DNA of 50,153 nt from an uncultured Steroidobacteraceae bacterium (GTDB lineage Bacteria; Pseudomonadota; Gammaproteobacteria; Steroidobacterales; Steroidobacteraceae), in the NCBI GenBank assembly GCA_964632365.1, contig CAZWDR010000003.1:1-50153 (forward strand), given 5' to 3'. Both the position numbers and the translations under genes were made by a program. The notes beneath the pieces were generated by a model that was given only the letters and a program-made list of their open reading frames with translations, searched no databases and was not told the DNA's origin. Position 1 is the first letter of the stretch. Each line of letters begins with the position of its first letter. Shown in pieces: positions 36,132 to 43,925 of the stretch.

Positions 36132-37226
36132 GTGCTGAGCGCCCACGTCACGCTGTCGCGCGGCACGTTCGCGCTGGATGCGCGCTTCGAGGCGCCCACG
36201 CCGGGCGTCACGGCGCTGTTCGGACGTTCCGGCTGCGGCAAGACCACGCTCGTCAACGTGCTGGCCGGTCTGCTTCCGGCGCACGGGCGCATCGCGCTCG
36301 ATGACGCGGTGTGGCTGGACAGTGATCGCGGCATCGACGTGCCCGCCGAAAGGCGCCGCATCGGCTATGTGTTCCAGGACGCGCGCCTGTTCCCGCACTA
36401 CACCGTGCGCGGCAATTTGCTGTATGGCGTGCCGCGCGGCACGGCGCCGAAGGGCTTTGATGATGTGGTGGACCTGCTGGGCATCGCACCGCTGCTGGCG
36501 CGGCGACCGGGCTCGCTGTCGGGCGGTGAGCGCCAGCGCGTGGCACTGGGGCGCGCGCTGCTGTCGCGCCCGCGGCTGCTGCTGCTGGACGAGCCGCTCG
36601 CCTCGCTGGACGTGTCACGCCGTGAGGAGGTGCTGCCCTATCTGGAACGCCTGCGCGACGCGTTCGCGATCCCGATGGTGTTTGTCAGCCATCAGTTCGA
36701 CGAGGTGCTGCGCCTGGCGACGCACCTGGCCGTGCTGGACCATGGGCAGGTGGTCGCCACCGGCAGCATCGGCGCGGTGAGCCTCGCCCCGGCACTGCGC
36801 CGCATCGTCGGCATCGATGCGGTGGGTGCGGTGATGGATGGATGCGTCGAGGAGGTGCAGGCGGCGCAGGGTCTGTCAGCGGTGCGCGTCGGCGCGATGA
36901 GCCGCCTGTTCGTCACCTCCACGCGCCTGTCTCCGGGCCAACGGGTGCGCCTGCAGCTGCTGGCCCGCGACCTGATCCTGGCCGTGGAGGAACCGCGCGG
37001 CCTTTCGGTGCGCAACCAGCTTCGTGGCCGCGTGGTGTCGGTCACGCAGGACCAGGGCGCCTGTCTGGTCGAAGTGGACATCGGCGGCGCGACATTGCTT
37101 GCCCGCATCAGTGCCGCGGCCACGCGCGAGCTGCGTGTCGCGCCGGGCCTGGATGTGTGGGCGCTGGTGAAGGCGGTGTCCTTCAGCGCGCATCCCACCG
37201 GCTTCGATCACGCGCCGGCTGACTAG
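36132..37226 (+). CDS. modC: molybdate ABC transporter ATP-binding protein
   Basis: GTG at 36132, 1 nt after the modB stop. Walker A GRSGCGKTT, signature LSGGERQRVALGRAL, Walker B LLLLDEPL, and a C-terminal TOBE/Mop domain. Confidence 0.85.
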   Translation: MLSAHVTLSRGTFALDARFEAPTPGVTALFGRSGCGKTTLVNVLAGLLPAHGRIALDDAVWLDSDRGIDVPAERRRIGYVFQDARLFPHYTVRGNLLYGVPRGTAPKGFDDVVDLLGIAPLLARRPGSLSGGERQRVALGRALLSRPRLLLLDEPLASLDVSRREEVLPYLERLRDAFAIPMVFVSHQFDEVLRLATHLAVLDHGQVVATGSIGAVSLAPALRRIVGIDAVGAVMDGCVEEVQAAQGLSAVRVGAMSRLFVTSTRLSPGQRVRLQLLARDLILAVEEPRGLSVRNQLRGRVVSVTQDQGACLVEVDIGGATLLARISAAATRELRVAPGLDVWALVKAVSFSAHPTGFDHAPAD

Positions 37227-38530
37227 GCCTCGCCGGCGCGCAGTCCCTGCGCGCTGCGCATCTGCACCATCAGCTTGTCGATGACCAAGCCATCCATGTC
37301 GATCACCTCGATCGACAGGTCGCGCCAGGCCAGCTTCTCGCCGGGCACGGGCAGCCGGCCCAGGTGCCACAGCACGAAACCGGCCATCGTGTTGTAGTTG
37401 TCGCCGCGGGCGAGGTCCTTGCGCCCCAGCGCGCGCTCCACTTCATGGATCGACAGGTGGCCGTCGATGAGCCAGCTGCCATCCTCGCGCTGCTGCAGGC
37501 TGGCGCTGTCGCGGCTGCCCATCTCCGGCATCTCGCCCGCGATGGCCTTCAGGATGTCGGCCGGCGTCACCAGGCCCTCGATGCCGCCGTATTCATTGGT
37601 GACCACCCCCAGGTGCACGCTCGAGCGGCGGAAGGTCTCGAGCAGGCGGAAGATCGAGATGCCTTCGGGCACATGCAGCGGCGGCTGCGTATCGGCCTCG
37701 ACGTCGATGCGTCCGCGCCGCAGTGCCTCGCCGAGGTTGGCGAGCGAGATCACGCCGAGCAGCTGCTCGAGCTCGCCCCGGCACAGCAGGAAACGCGCAT
37801 GACCGCTGCGCCGCGCTTCATCCCACAGCGTCGCCACCGGCTCGTTGATGTCCAGCCACAGGATGTCGCCGCGCGGCACCATGATGCCGCCGATGTTGCG
37901 GTCGGCGAGGCGCAGCACCGAGTCGATCATCTCGGCCTCGTGGCGATGCAGGGCGCCGGTCTGCATGCCCTCGGTGGCCAGCGCGCGCACGTCGTCATCG
38001 GTGACGCCGGACTGGCGCAGCGCGACGGTGGGCAGCAGCCGCAGCAGCGCATTGGTCGAGCGCTGCAGCAGCCAGACCACCGGCGCGCCGATGCGCGCGA
38101 TCACCTGCATCGGCATTGCGACCAGCACGGCCCACCGGTCGGCGTAGGCCATCGCCAGGCGCTTCGGCACCAGTTCGCCCAGCACGATGGAGAAGTAGGT
38201 CATCACGACCACGATGAGGCCGTAGGCCAGTTCCTCGGCGTAGGGAGCCAGGCGCGGCTCGGTGGCCGCCAGCCAGCTGGCAAGCCCGGCGGAATACGCC
38301 GCGCCGCTGTAGACGCCGGTCAGGATGCCCACCAGCGTGATGCCCACCTGCACCGAGGACAGCAGGCGGGTGGGGTCATCGAGCAGCTGCAGCGCCGCGC
38401 GCGCGCCGCGGTGGCCTTCATCGGCCAGCGCCTTCAGCCGCGCTCGACGGGCCTGCACCAGTGCCAGTTCGGCCGAGGCGAACAATCCATTCAGGACGAT
38501 GAGGCCGAGGATTACCGCAGCCTGATGCAT
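37223..38530 (-). CDS. CNNM/TlyC-family protein (DUF21-CBS pair-CorC_HlyC; 'hemolysin family')
   Basis: 435 aa. N-terminal DUF21 TM region (LNGLFASAELAL), CBS pair (IMVPR...LGVISL, VVTNEYGGIEGLVT) and a C-terminal CorC/HlyC transporter-associated domain. Confidence 0.85.
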   Translation of the reverse strand: MHQAAVILGLIVLNGLFASAELALVQARRARLKALADEGHRGARAALQLLDDPTRLLSSVQVGITLVGILTGVYSGAAYSAGLASWLAATEPRLAPYAEELAYGLIVVVMTYFSIVLGELVPKRLAMAYADRWAVLVAMPMQVIARIGAPVVWLLQRSTNALLRLLPTVALRQSGVTDDDVRALATEGMQTGALHRHEAEMIDSVLRLADRNIGGIMVPRGDILWLDINEPVATLWDEARRSGHARFLLCRGELEQLLGVISLANLGEALRRGRIDVEADTQPPLHVPEGISIFRLLETFRRSSVHLGVVTNEYGGIEGLVTPADILKAIAGEMPEMGSRDSASLQQREDGSWLIDGHLSIHEVERALGRKDLARGDNYNTMAGFVLWHLGRLPVPGEKLAWRDLSIEVIDMDGLVIDKLMVQMRSAQGLRAGEA

Positions 38531-38609
38531 CGACTAGTCATGCGGACTTTCCATGCGAACTGGCATCATAACCCGCTTTGGCGCTTTCCCCCGCAGCACC
38601 GAGGAGCCC

Positions 38610-38927
38610 ATGAAGCGCGTGCACACCTTCCGCGGCGTGGTCATCGACCGGCCGGTCAAGACACCGCCGAAGCCGGCCCCGGCAGGCCCTGCGCGCATCC
38701 GGGTGTCGCGCGAGACCGCGGGCCGGGGCGGCAAGGGCGTGACGGTGGTCACCGGATTGCCGCTGCGCGGTGAAGCCCTGGCGGAACTGGCGGGAAAGCT
38801 GAAGCGTTGCTGCGGCGCCGGAGGCGGCGTCCAGGATGACCGCATCGAGATCCAGGGCGAGCACCGCGACCGCATCGTCGCCGAGCTGGTGAAGCTGGGG
38901 TACGATGCCCGACGCGCCGGTGGCTGA
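38610..38927 (+). CDS. yciH: SUI1/eIF1-family translation initiation factor (YciH)
   Basis: ATG at 38610 with GAGGAG upstream. IRVSRETAGRGGKGVTVVTGLP...LAGKLKRCCGAGGGV...IEIQGEHRD. Collinear with E. coli YciH. The ATG at 38553 is a less likely start. Confidence 0.8.
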   Translation: MKRVHTFRGVVIDRPVKTPPKPAPAGPARIRVSRETAGRGGKGVTVVTGLPLRGEALAELAGKLKRCCGAGGGVQDDRIEIQGEHRDRIVAELVKLGYDARRAGG

Positions 38928-38949
38928 ACGCGGCGCGAGGAGGTCCGTG

Positions 38950-39228
38950 ATGGCATACCGCACCGCCCTGCCCTGCATGCTGCTGATTGCCGCGTCACTT
39001 GCAGCCTGCGCCACGTCGCCGCGACCACAGACTCTCGCCGCGAATGATGAGGCCGGCGCCGCCGCAGCCTGCACGCAGGTGACCGGCTCCCGCATCCAGT
39101 CCAGCCAGCGCGCGCATTGCGAGCCGGTGGGTTATCCGTTCCGGAGTTTCACGCGCCAGCAGCTCGATGCCACCGGGCAGATCGATCTGGTCGAGGCGCT
39201 GCGCCAGCTGAATCCCGCGTTCCGCTGA
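38950..39228 (+). CDS. small lipoprotein, hypothetical
   Basis: ATG at 38950 with GAGGAGG upstream. MAYRTALPCMLLIAASLAACATSP lipobox. 92 aa. Confidence 0.5.
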   Translation: MAYRTALPCMLLIAASLAACATSPRPQTLAANDEAGAAAACTQVTGSRIQSSQRAHCEPVGYPFRSFTRQQLDATGQIDLVEALRQLNPAFR

Positions 39229-39247
39229 CCGGCAGGGTGATCCGCCC

Positions 39248-39739
39248 TCAGTGCTGGTGGCTGCCGTGGGCGACCTCGCCCTCTGCCGCCTCACCCGGCA
39301 CCAGCGGACGCACGTCGAGCATCACGGTGAACTCGGGCTCGCCGCCGTCGAACTTCATCGTCAGCGGCACCTTCTGGCCCGCCACCAGCGGCGTCTTCAG
39401 CCTGGTGAACATCACGTGCACGGCACCCGGTTCCATGCGCAGCGTCTCGCCCGGACCCACCGCCAGCACCGCCAGTGGCCACATGCGGGCGGTGCCCTGC
39501 GCGGTGATGCTGGTGCGATGCAGGGTGATCTCGCCGGTGACCGGTGAGCCGATCTTCAGCAGCTTGCGCTCTTCGTCACCGGAGTTGGTGAGGGTGAGAT
39601 AGGCGGCGGCGACCTGCGCGCCCGGTGTGGTGGCGCGCGCCCAGCCTTCGGTGACCTTGACCTCGGCCAGTGCGGCAGAAAACGGTGCGAGTGCGGCCAG
39701 CAGCAGCGCGAGGCGCCGGGCCCTGTTGGCGTTGTTCAT
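39248..39739 (-). CDS. periplasmic copper chaperone PCu(A)C (DUF461)
   Basis: Signal peptide, GAAYLTLTN, LHRT...M and HVMF copper-ligand pattern, and a His-rich C-terminus (HGSHQH). Confidence 0.8.
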   Translation of the reverse strand: MNNANRARRLALLLAALAPFSAALAEVKVTEGWARATTPGAQVAAAYLTLTNSGDEERKLLKIGSPVTGEITLHRTSITAQGTARMWPLAVLAVGPGETLRMEPGAVHVMFTRLKTPLVAGQKVPLTMKFDGGEPEFTVMLDVRPLVPGEAAEGEVAHGSHQH

Positions 39740-39770
39740 GCCGGCATTCTACCTCTAAGCTTCGCGCCCC

Positions 39771-41819
39771 ATGATCAAGTTCGAATCCGTCACCCTGCGC
39801 CGCGGGCCGCGCGTGCTGTTCGCCGACGCGGATTTCAGCCTGTTCCGCGGCGAGAAAATCGGCATCACCGGCGAGAACGGCAGCGGCAAGTCGAGCCTGA
39901 TGGCGATGGTGCGCGGCGAGCTGCAGCCCGACGCGGGGCAGATCGCGATGCCGACCAACCTCGCGGTGGCGCATGTGGCGCAGGAGCTGGATGCCATCGA
40001 CCGCGCGGCGCTCGATTTCGTGCTCGACGGCGATGCCGAACTGCGCGAGGTCGAAGCGCTGATCGCCGCCGCCGAGGCGGCGCACGACACCGATGGCACG
40101 CGCCTGGCAAATCTCTACACGCGGCTCGGCGCGATCGGCGGCTATGACGCCCCGGCGCGCGCGGCGCAGCTGATGCATGGCCTGGGCTTCGCGCCCGGCG
40201 ATGCGCCGCGCCTGGTGCGCGAGTTCTCCGGTGGCTGGCGTGTGCGCCTGAACGTCGCACGTGCGCTGATGAGCCGCTCGGACCTGCTGCTGCTGGATGA
40301 GCCCACCAATCACCTGGACCTCGATGCCATCGTGTGGCTGGAGGGTTGGCTGCGCGAGTATCAGGGCACGCTGCTGCTGATCGCGCACGACCGGGAGTTC
40401 CTCGACCGTGTGGTCAACCGCATCGTCAACATCGAGCAGCAGCGCGTCACGGTGTACACCGGCAACTACACCGACTTCGAGGTGGCGCGCGCGGCGACGC
40501 TGGCGCAGCAGGGCGCAATGTATGAGAAGCAGCAGCGCGAGATCGCCCACATGGAGGATTTCGTGCGGCGTTTCCGCGCCAAGGCAAGCAAGGCGCGCCA
40601 GGCGCAGAGCCGCATCAAGGCGCTGGAACGCATGCAGCGCATCGCGCCGGCGCATGTGGATTCGCCCTTCGAGTTCCAGTTCGCCGAACCGCCGCGCCTG
40701 CCGCGGCCGCTGCTGGCGATCAAGGACCAGAAGGCCGGCTATGGCGACCGCGTGCTGCTGTCGGGCGTCGGGCTGACCGTGTATCCGGGCGACCGCATCT
40801 CGCTGCTGGGACGCAATGGCGCCGGCAAGTCGACGCTGATCAAGCTGCTGGCCGGTGAGCTGCCTTCGCAGGGCGGCACGCGCGATGATGCGCGCGACCT
40901 GTCGATGGGCTATTTCGCGCAGCACCAGCTGGAGCAGCTCGACGACGCGGCCTCGCCACTGCTGCACCTGCAGCGGCTGGCGCAGCACTTGCAGCAGCGG
41001 CCGGCCGAGCAGGAGCTGCGCAATTTCCTCGCCACCTTCGGCTTCCGTAGCGATCGCGTGTTCGAGGCGGTGGGCCCCTTCTCCGGCGGCGAGAAGGCGC
41101 GCCTTGCACTGTCGCTGGTGGCGTGGCGCAAGCCGAACCTGCTGCTGCTGGACGAGCCCACCAACCACCTGGACCTCGAGATGCGCCAGGCGCTGGCGAT
41201 GGCGCTGCAGGACTACGCGGGCGCAGTGATCATGGTGTCGCACGACCGGCACCTGCTCGCGACCGTGACCGACCGCTTCCTGCTGGTGGCCGGCGGGCGC
41301 GTGCAGGAGTTCGAGGGCGACCTGGACGACTATGCGCGCTGGCTGTCACGCGGTGCGGCCGCACAGCCTGCCGCGGAGGCCCGTGCACGCGGGGGTGGGG
41401 ATAAGGGCGACGGTGCAGGTGCAGGTGCAGGTGCAGGTGCAGGTGCAGGTGCAGGTGCAGGTGCAGGTGATGCCACCGGTGGCGCGGCTGCAAGACGCAC
41501 GGCAACCGCTTCTCCCCCAGCGGATGCCGCGCGGCGGCGCGACGGCGCTGCACAGCGCAAGGCGGACGCGGAGCAGCGCAAGGCGCTGGCGCCATTGCGC
41601 ACGCGCCTGGCGCGCATCGAGAAGCAGATGCACGATCTCGCGGCGCAGTCCGCGACGCTGGACGCGCAGCTGGCGGATCCGGCGCTGTATGAGCCGGCGG
41701 CGCGCGAGCGCCAGCGCGAGCTGGTGGCGCAGCGCGCCCGCCTGCAGCAGCAGACCGATGAGGTCGAGACCGAATGGCTGCAGATCAGCGAGCAGCTCGA
41801 GGCAGCGGGCGCCGGCTGA
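39771..41819 (+). CDS. ABC-F family ATPase (YheS-like translation factor)
   Basis: 682 aa. Two ABC cassettes (GENGSGKSS / LSGGWRVRL / LLLLDEPTNHLD and GRNGAGKST / FSGGEKARL / LLLLDEPTNHLD) with an inter-domain linker, no TM domain, and a C-terminal coiled-coil extension. Confidence 0.9.
   Translation: MIKFESVTLRRGPRVLFADADFSLFRGEKIGITGENGSGKSSLMAMVRGELQPDAGQIAMPTNLAVAHVAQELDAIDRAALDFVLDGDAELREVEALIAAAEAAHDTDGTRLANLYTRLGAIGGYDAPARAAQLMHGLGFAPGDAPRLVREFSGGWRVRLNVARALMSRSDLLLLDEPTNHLDLDAIVWLEGWLREYQGTLLLIAHDREFLDRVVNRIVNIEQQRVTVYTGNYTDFEVARAATLAQQGAMYEKQQREIAHMEDFVRRFRAKASKARQAQSRIKALERMQRIAPAHVDSPFEFQFAEPPRLPRPLLAIKDQKAGYGDRVLLSGVGLTVYPGDRISLLGRNGAGKSTLIKLLAGELPSQGGTRDDARDLSMGYFAQHQLEQLDDAASPLLHLQRLAQHLQQRPAEQELRNFLATFGFRSDRVFEAVGPFSGGEKARLALSLVAWRKPNLLLLDEPTNHLDLEMRQALAMALQDYAGAVIMVSHDRHLLATVTDRFLLVAGGRVQEFEGDLDDYARWLSRGAAAQPAAEARARGGGDKGDGAGAGAGAGAGAGAGAGAGDATGGAAARRTATASPPADAARRRDGAAQRKADAEQRKALAPLRTRLARIEKQMHDLAAQSATLDAQLADPALYEPAARERQRELVAQRARLQQQTDEVETEWLQISEQLEAAGAG
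41412..41470 (+). repeat. perfect hexanucleotide microsatellite (GGTGCA)x9 plus a partial unit, in frame within the ABC-F gene
   Basis: Counted directly: nine perfect units at 41412-41465, then GGTGA. It encodes (Gly-Ala)9 in the C-terminal extension (GDGAGAGAGAGAGAGAGAGAGD). Confidence 0.97.
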
Positions 41820-41825
41820 CGCCGC

Positions 41826-42977
41826 TCACTCGCCCGGCGTGTCCGGGATCAGATGGCCAGCGCGATCGCGCTTGGTGCGCAGGTAGCGCGCGTTGTGCTC
41901 GTTGGGCGGCGCCAGCAGCGGCTCCATTTCCTCCACGTCGATGCCGCGTGCGCGCAGCTCGCGCACCTTGTGCGGGCTGTTGGTCAGCAGGCGGATGCGC
42001 GTGTAACCGAGCTGGCGCAGCATGGCCGCCGCAATCGCGTAGCCGCGCTCGTCGGCACTGAATCCCAGGTGCCGGTCGGCGTCCACGGTGTCGAGGCCGG
42101 CATCCTGCAGCTGGTAGGCGCGCAGCTTGTTCGCAAGGCCGATGCCGCGTCCTTCCTGCGCCAGATAGAGCAGCACGCCGCCACCCTCCGCGTGCAGGCG
42201 CTGCACGGCCGACTGCAGCTGCTCGCCGCAGTCGCAGCGCAGGCTGCCGAGCAGGTCGCCAGTCAGGCACGAGGAATGCGCGCGCACCGGCACCACGGCC
42301 GCGGCATCGGGCGTGCCGACCACCACGGCCACATGCTCGCTGGCATCGCGGCGATCACGGAACAGCACCAGACGGCTCATCACGCCGTGGCGCAGCGGCA
42401 CGCGCGCCTCGCTGACGCGCACCAGATCGTCATGGCCCGGCAGCGCATAGCGGGCGATCTGGTCGATGCGCACGCCGAGCACGGTTTCCGGCAGCGGCTG
42501 GCTCGAGGCGCCGGTGACCAGCAGCGCGGGCAGCAGCTGCGCGGACTTGGCCAGCTGCACCGCCGCGATGCCCAGCTCATCCGCGCAGGTCACGTGCGGG
42601 ACGCTGTCGCCCAGCGCCGCGCGCCAGCCATCGGCTTCCCAGTGGTTGCCCAGCTCGTGCAGCTGTGCCGCATCGATGCTGGCCGGCAGCGCCAGCTGCA
42701 GCACTTCGTCCGATTCGCAGGGCACGCGCAGCGCCGCGGCGCGCGCGCCGGTCACCGCCAGCACCGCATCCGGCCTCGCCAGCGCATGCGCGATGAGCCC
42801 GGCGCCGGCGGTCTCGAGTGCCACCACCAGTCGCCAGCTGCGTGCGTCGGCATCCTGCACGGCGATGGCGCGGCCGCGGCGCAGTTCGGACAGCGCGCGG
42901 TCCACGGCGATCAGCGCAGGTTCGCCCTGCGGCGGGTCGCCGGCATGGGCCACGGGCAAGGGTCGGGAGCGGGTCAT
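41826..42977 (-). CDS. ribA: GTP cyclohydrolase II with an N-terminal degenerate DHBP-synthase-like domain
   Basis: The C-terminal half has VRAHSSCLTGDLLGSLRCDCGEQL (zinc Cys triad), LYLAQEGRGIGLANKLRAY and DERGY. The N-terminal ~190 aa resembles RibB at its ends but lacks the DRENEGD-type acidic motif. Confidence 0.85.
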   Translation of the reverse strand: MTRSRPLPVAHAGDPPQGEPALIAVDRALSELRRGRAIAVQDADARSWRLVVALETAGAGLIAHALARPDAVLAVTGARAAALRVPCESDEVLQLALPASIDAAQLHELGNHWEADGWRAALGDSVPHVTCADELGIAAVQLAKSAQLLPALLVTGASSQPLPETVLGVRIDQIARYALPGHDDLVRVSEARVPLRHGVMSRLVLFRDRRDASEHVAVVVGTPDAAAVVPVRAHSSCLTGDLLGSLRCDCGEQLQSAVQRLHAEGGGVLLYLAQEGRGIGLANKLRAYQLQDAGLDTVDADRHLGFSADERGYAIAAAMLRQLGYTRIRLLTNSPHKVRELRARGIDVEEMEPLLAPPNEHNARYLRTKRDRAGHLIPDTPGE

Positions 42978-43002
42978 GGGAGCGAAGGGTACCGCAACCG
43001 CG

Positions 43003-43881
43003 TCAGCGGCCGATCGTGCGGTGCAGGAAGTCCAGCGCGCGATCGACCGCGGGCCCGGTGAAGAAGGGGCGCGCCACGTGGCCCACGCCGGGGATGATCA
43101 TCAGCTCCGCGACGAGCCCGGCGCGACGGTAGGCCGCGTCCAGTTCCAGCGCCTGGTTCACCGGCATGGTCAGGTCCTGGTCGCCATGCAGGATCAGCAC
43201 GGGCGGATCACCGGCATCCACATGTGCGACGGGACTGGCGAGCAACGTGAGTTCCGGCACCTCTTCCGGCAGCGCGCCGAGCAGCGCCTGCAACGCCGGC
43301 ACGCGCACCTCGAGCCCCTGCGGCGTCGACTGCGGGATGATGGTCGCAAGGTTCGACGCACCTACCCAGGTGATGATGGCCTGCACGCGCGAGGACTGCC
43401 CGGGGTGGTCGCCCACCTGGCCTTCGAGATCAGCATGGTCGTTGGTCACCCCGACCAGCGCGGCCAGATGCCCGCCCGAGGAAGCACCGGTGACCGCGAT
43501 GCGGTCCGCGCGATACCCGTATCGGTCCGCCTGCGCCCGCAGGAAACGGATGCCGGCGCGGATGTCATGCACGTTGGCCGGGAAGCGCGCCTCCTCACTG
43601 GAACGGAAATCGAGGCTGGCCACCGCATAGCCACCTTCGACCAGGAAGGGCGGCACCTCGGCCTTGTCGCCGCCGCTCCACGCGCCACCGTGCAGGTAGA
43701 TCACCAGCGGAGGCGTGCGGTCGGTGTCGGGCAGGTGCAGGTCGAGGCGCAGCGTGCGGCTGCCCACGGTCGCATAGGGGATGTCCAGATGACTGCCTGC
43801 GACGGTGGCCGCAGCAGCCGGCATCAGGGAGCCGCACAGCAGCGCCGCGAGCAGGAACAGCCAGTCGCGATGGCGCCTCAT
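43003..43881 (-). CDS. secreted alpha/beta hydrolase (esterase/lipase-like)
   Basis: Signal peptide. HGGAW oxyanion motif, nucleophile elbow GASSGG, and a late D...GVGH triad pattern. 292 aa. Confidence 0.75.
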   Translation of the reverse strand: MRRHRDWLFLLAALLCGSLMPAAAATVAGSHLDIPYATVGSRTLRLDLHLPDTDRTPPLVIYLHGGAWSGGDKAEVPPFLVEGGYAVASLDFRSSEEARFPANVHDIRAGIRFLRAQADRYGYRADRIAVTGASSGGHLAALVGVTNDHADLEGQVGDHPGQSSRVQAIITWVGASNLATIIPQSTPQGLEVRVPALQALLGALPEEVPELTLLASPVAHVDAGDPPVLILHGDQDLTMPVNQALELDAAYRRAGLVAELMIIPGVGHVARPFFTGPAVDRALDFLHRTIGR

Positions 43882-43925
43882 CGGGGGATTCTCGCCGCGG
43901 CCCGGGCGGCCGGCAACAGGCTGGA

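Noticed and set aside
38553-38609. N-terminal extension of the SUI1/YciH ORF from the ATG at 38553, and similar upstream extensions of other ORFs (greB 672, helicase 7680 GTG, MFP 19784, M32 15458, malQ 24281, GH57 26203, GGDEF-EAL 46046, fbp 35419 TTG, modB 35429 TTG).
   Set aside because: - Homolog N-termini as I recall them align with the downstream start codons I chose.
- The extensions add low-complexity sequence, overlap neighbouring genes, or lack an SD.
- Several of the track's 'M' starts are actually TTG or GTG codons.
41346-41633. Minus-strand ORFs reading the hexamer repeat as (Thr-Cys)n or (His-Leu)n, and the possibility that the repeat is a CRISPR-like array.
   Set aside because: - The repeat units are contiguous 6-mers with no spacers.
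- They sit in frame inside a complete ABC-F gene.
- The antisense ORFs have no other support.
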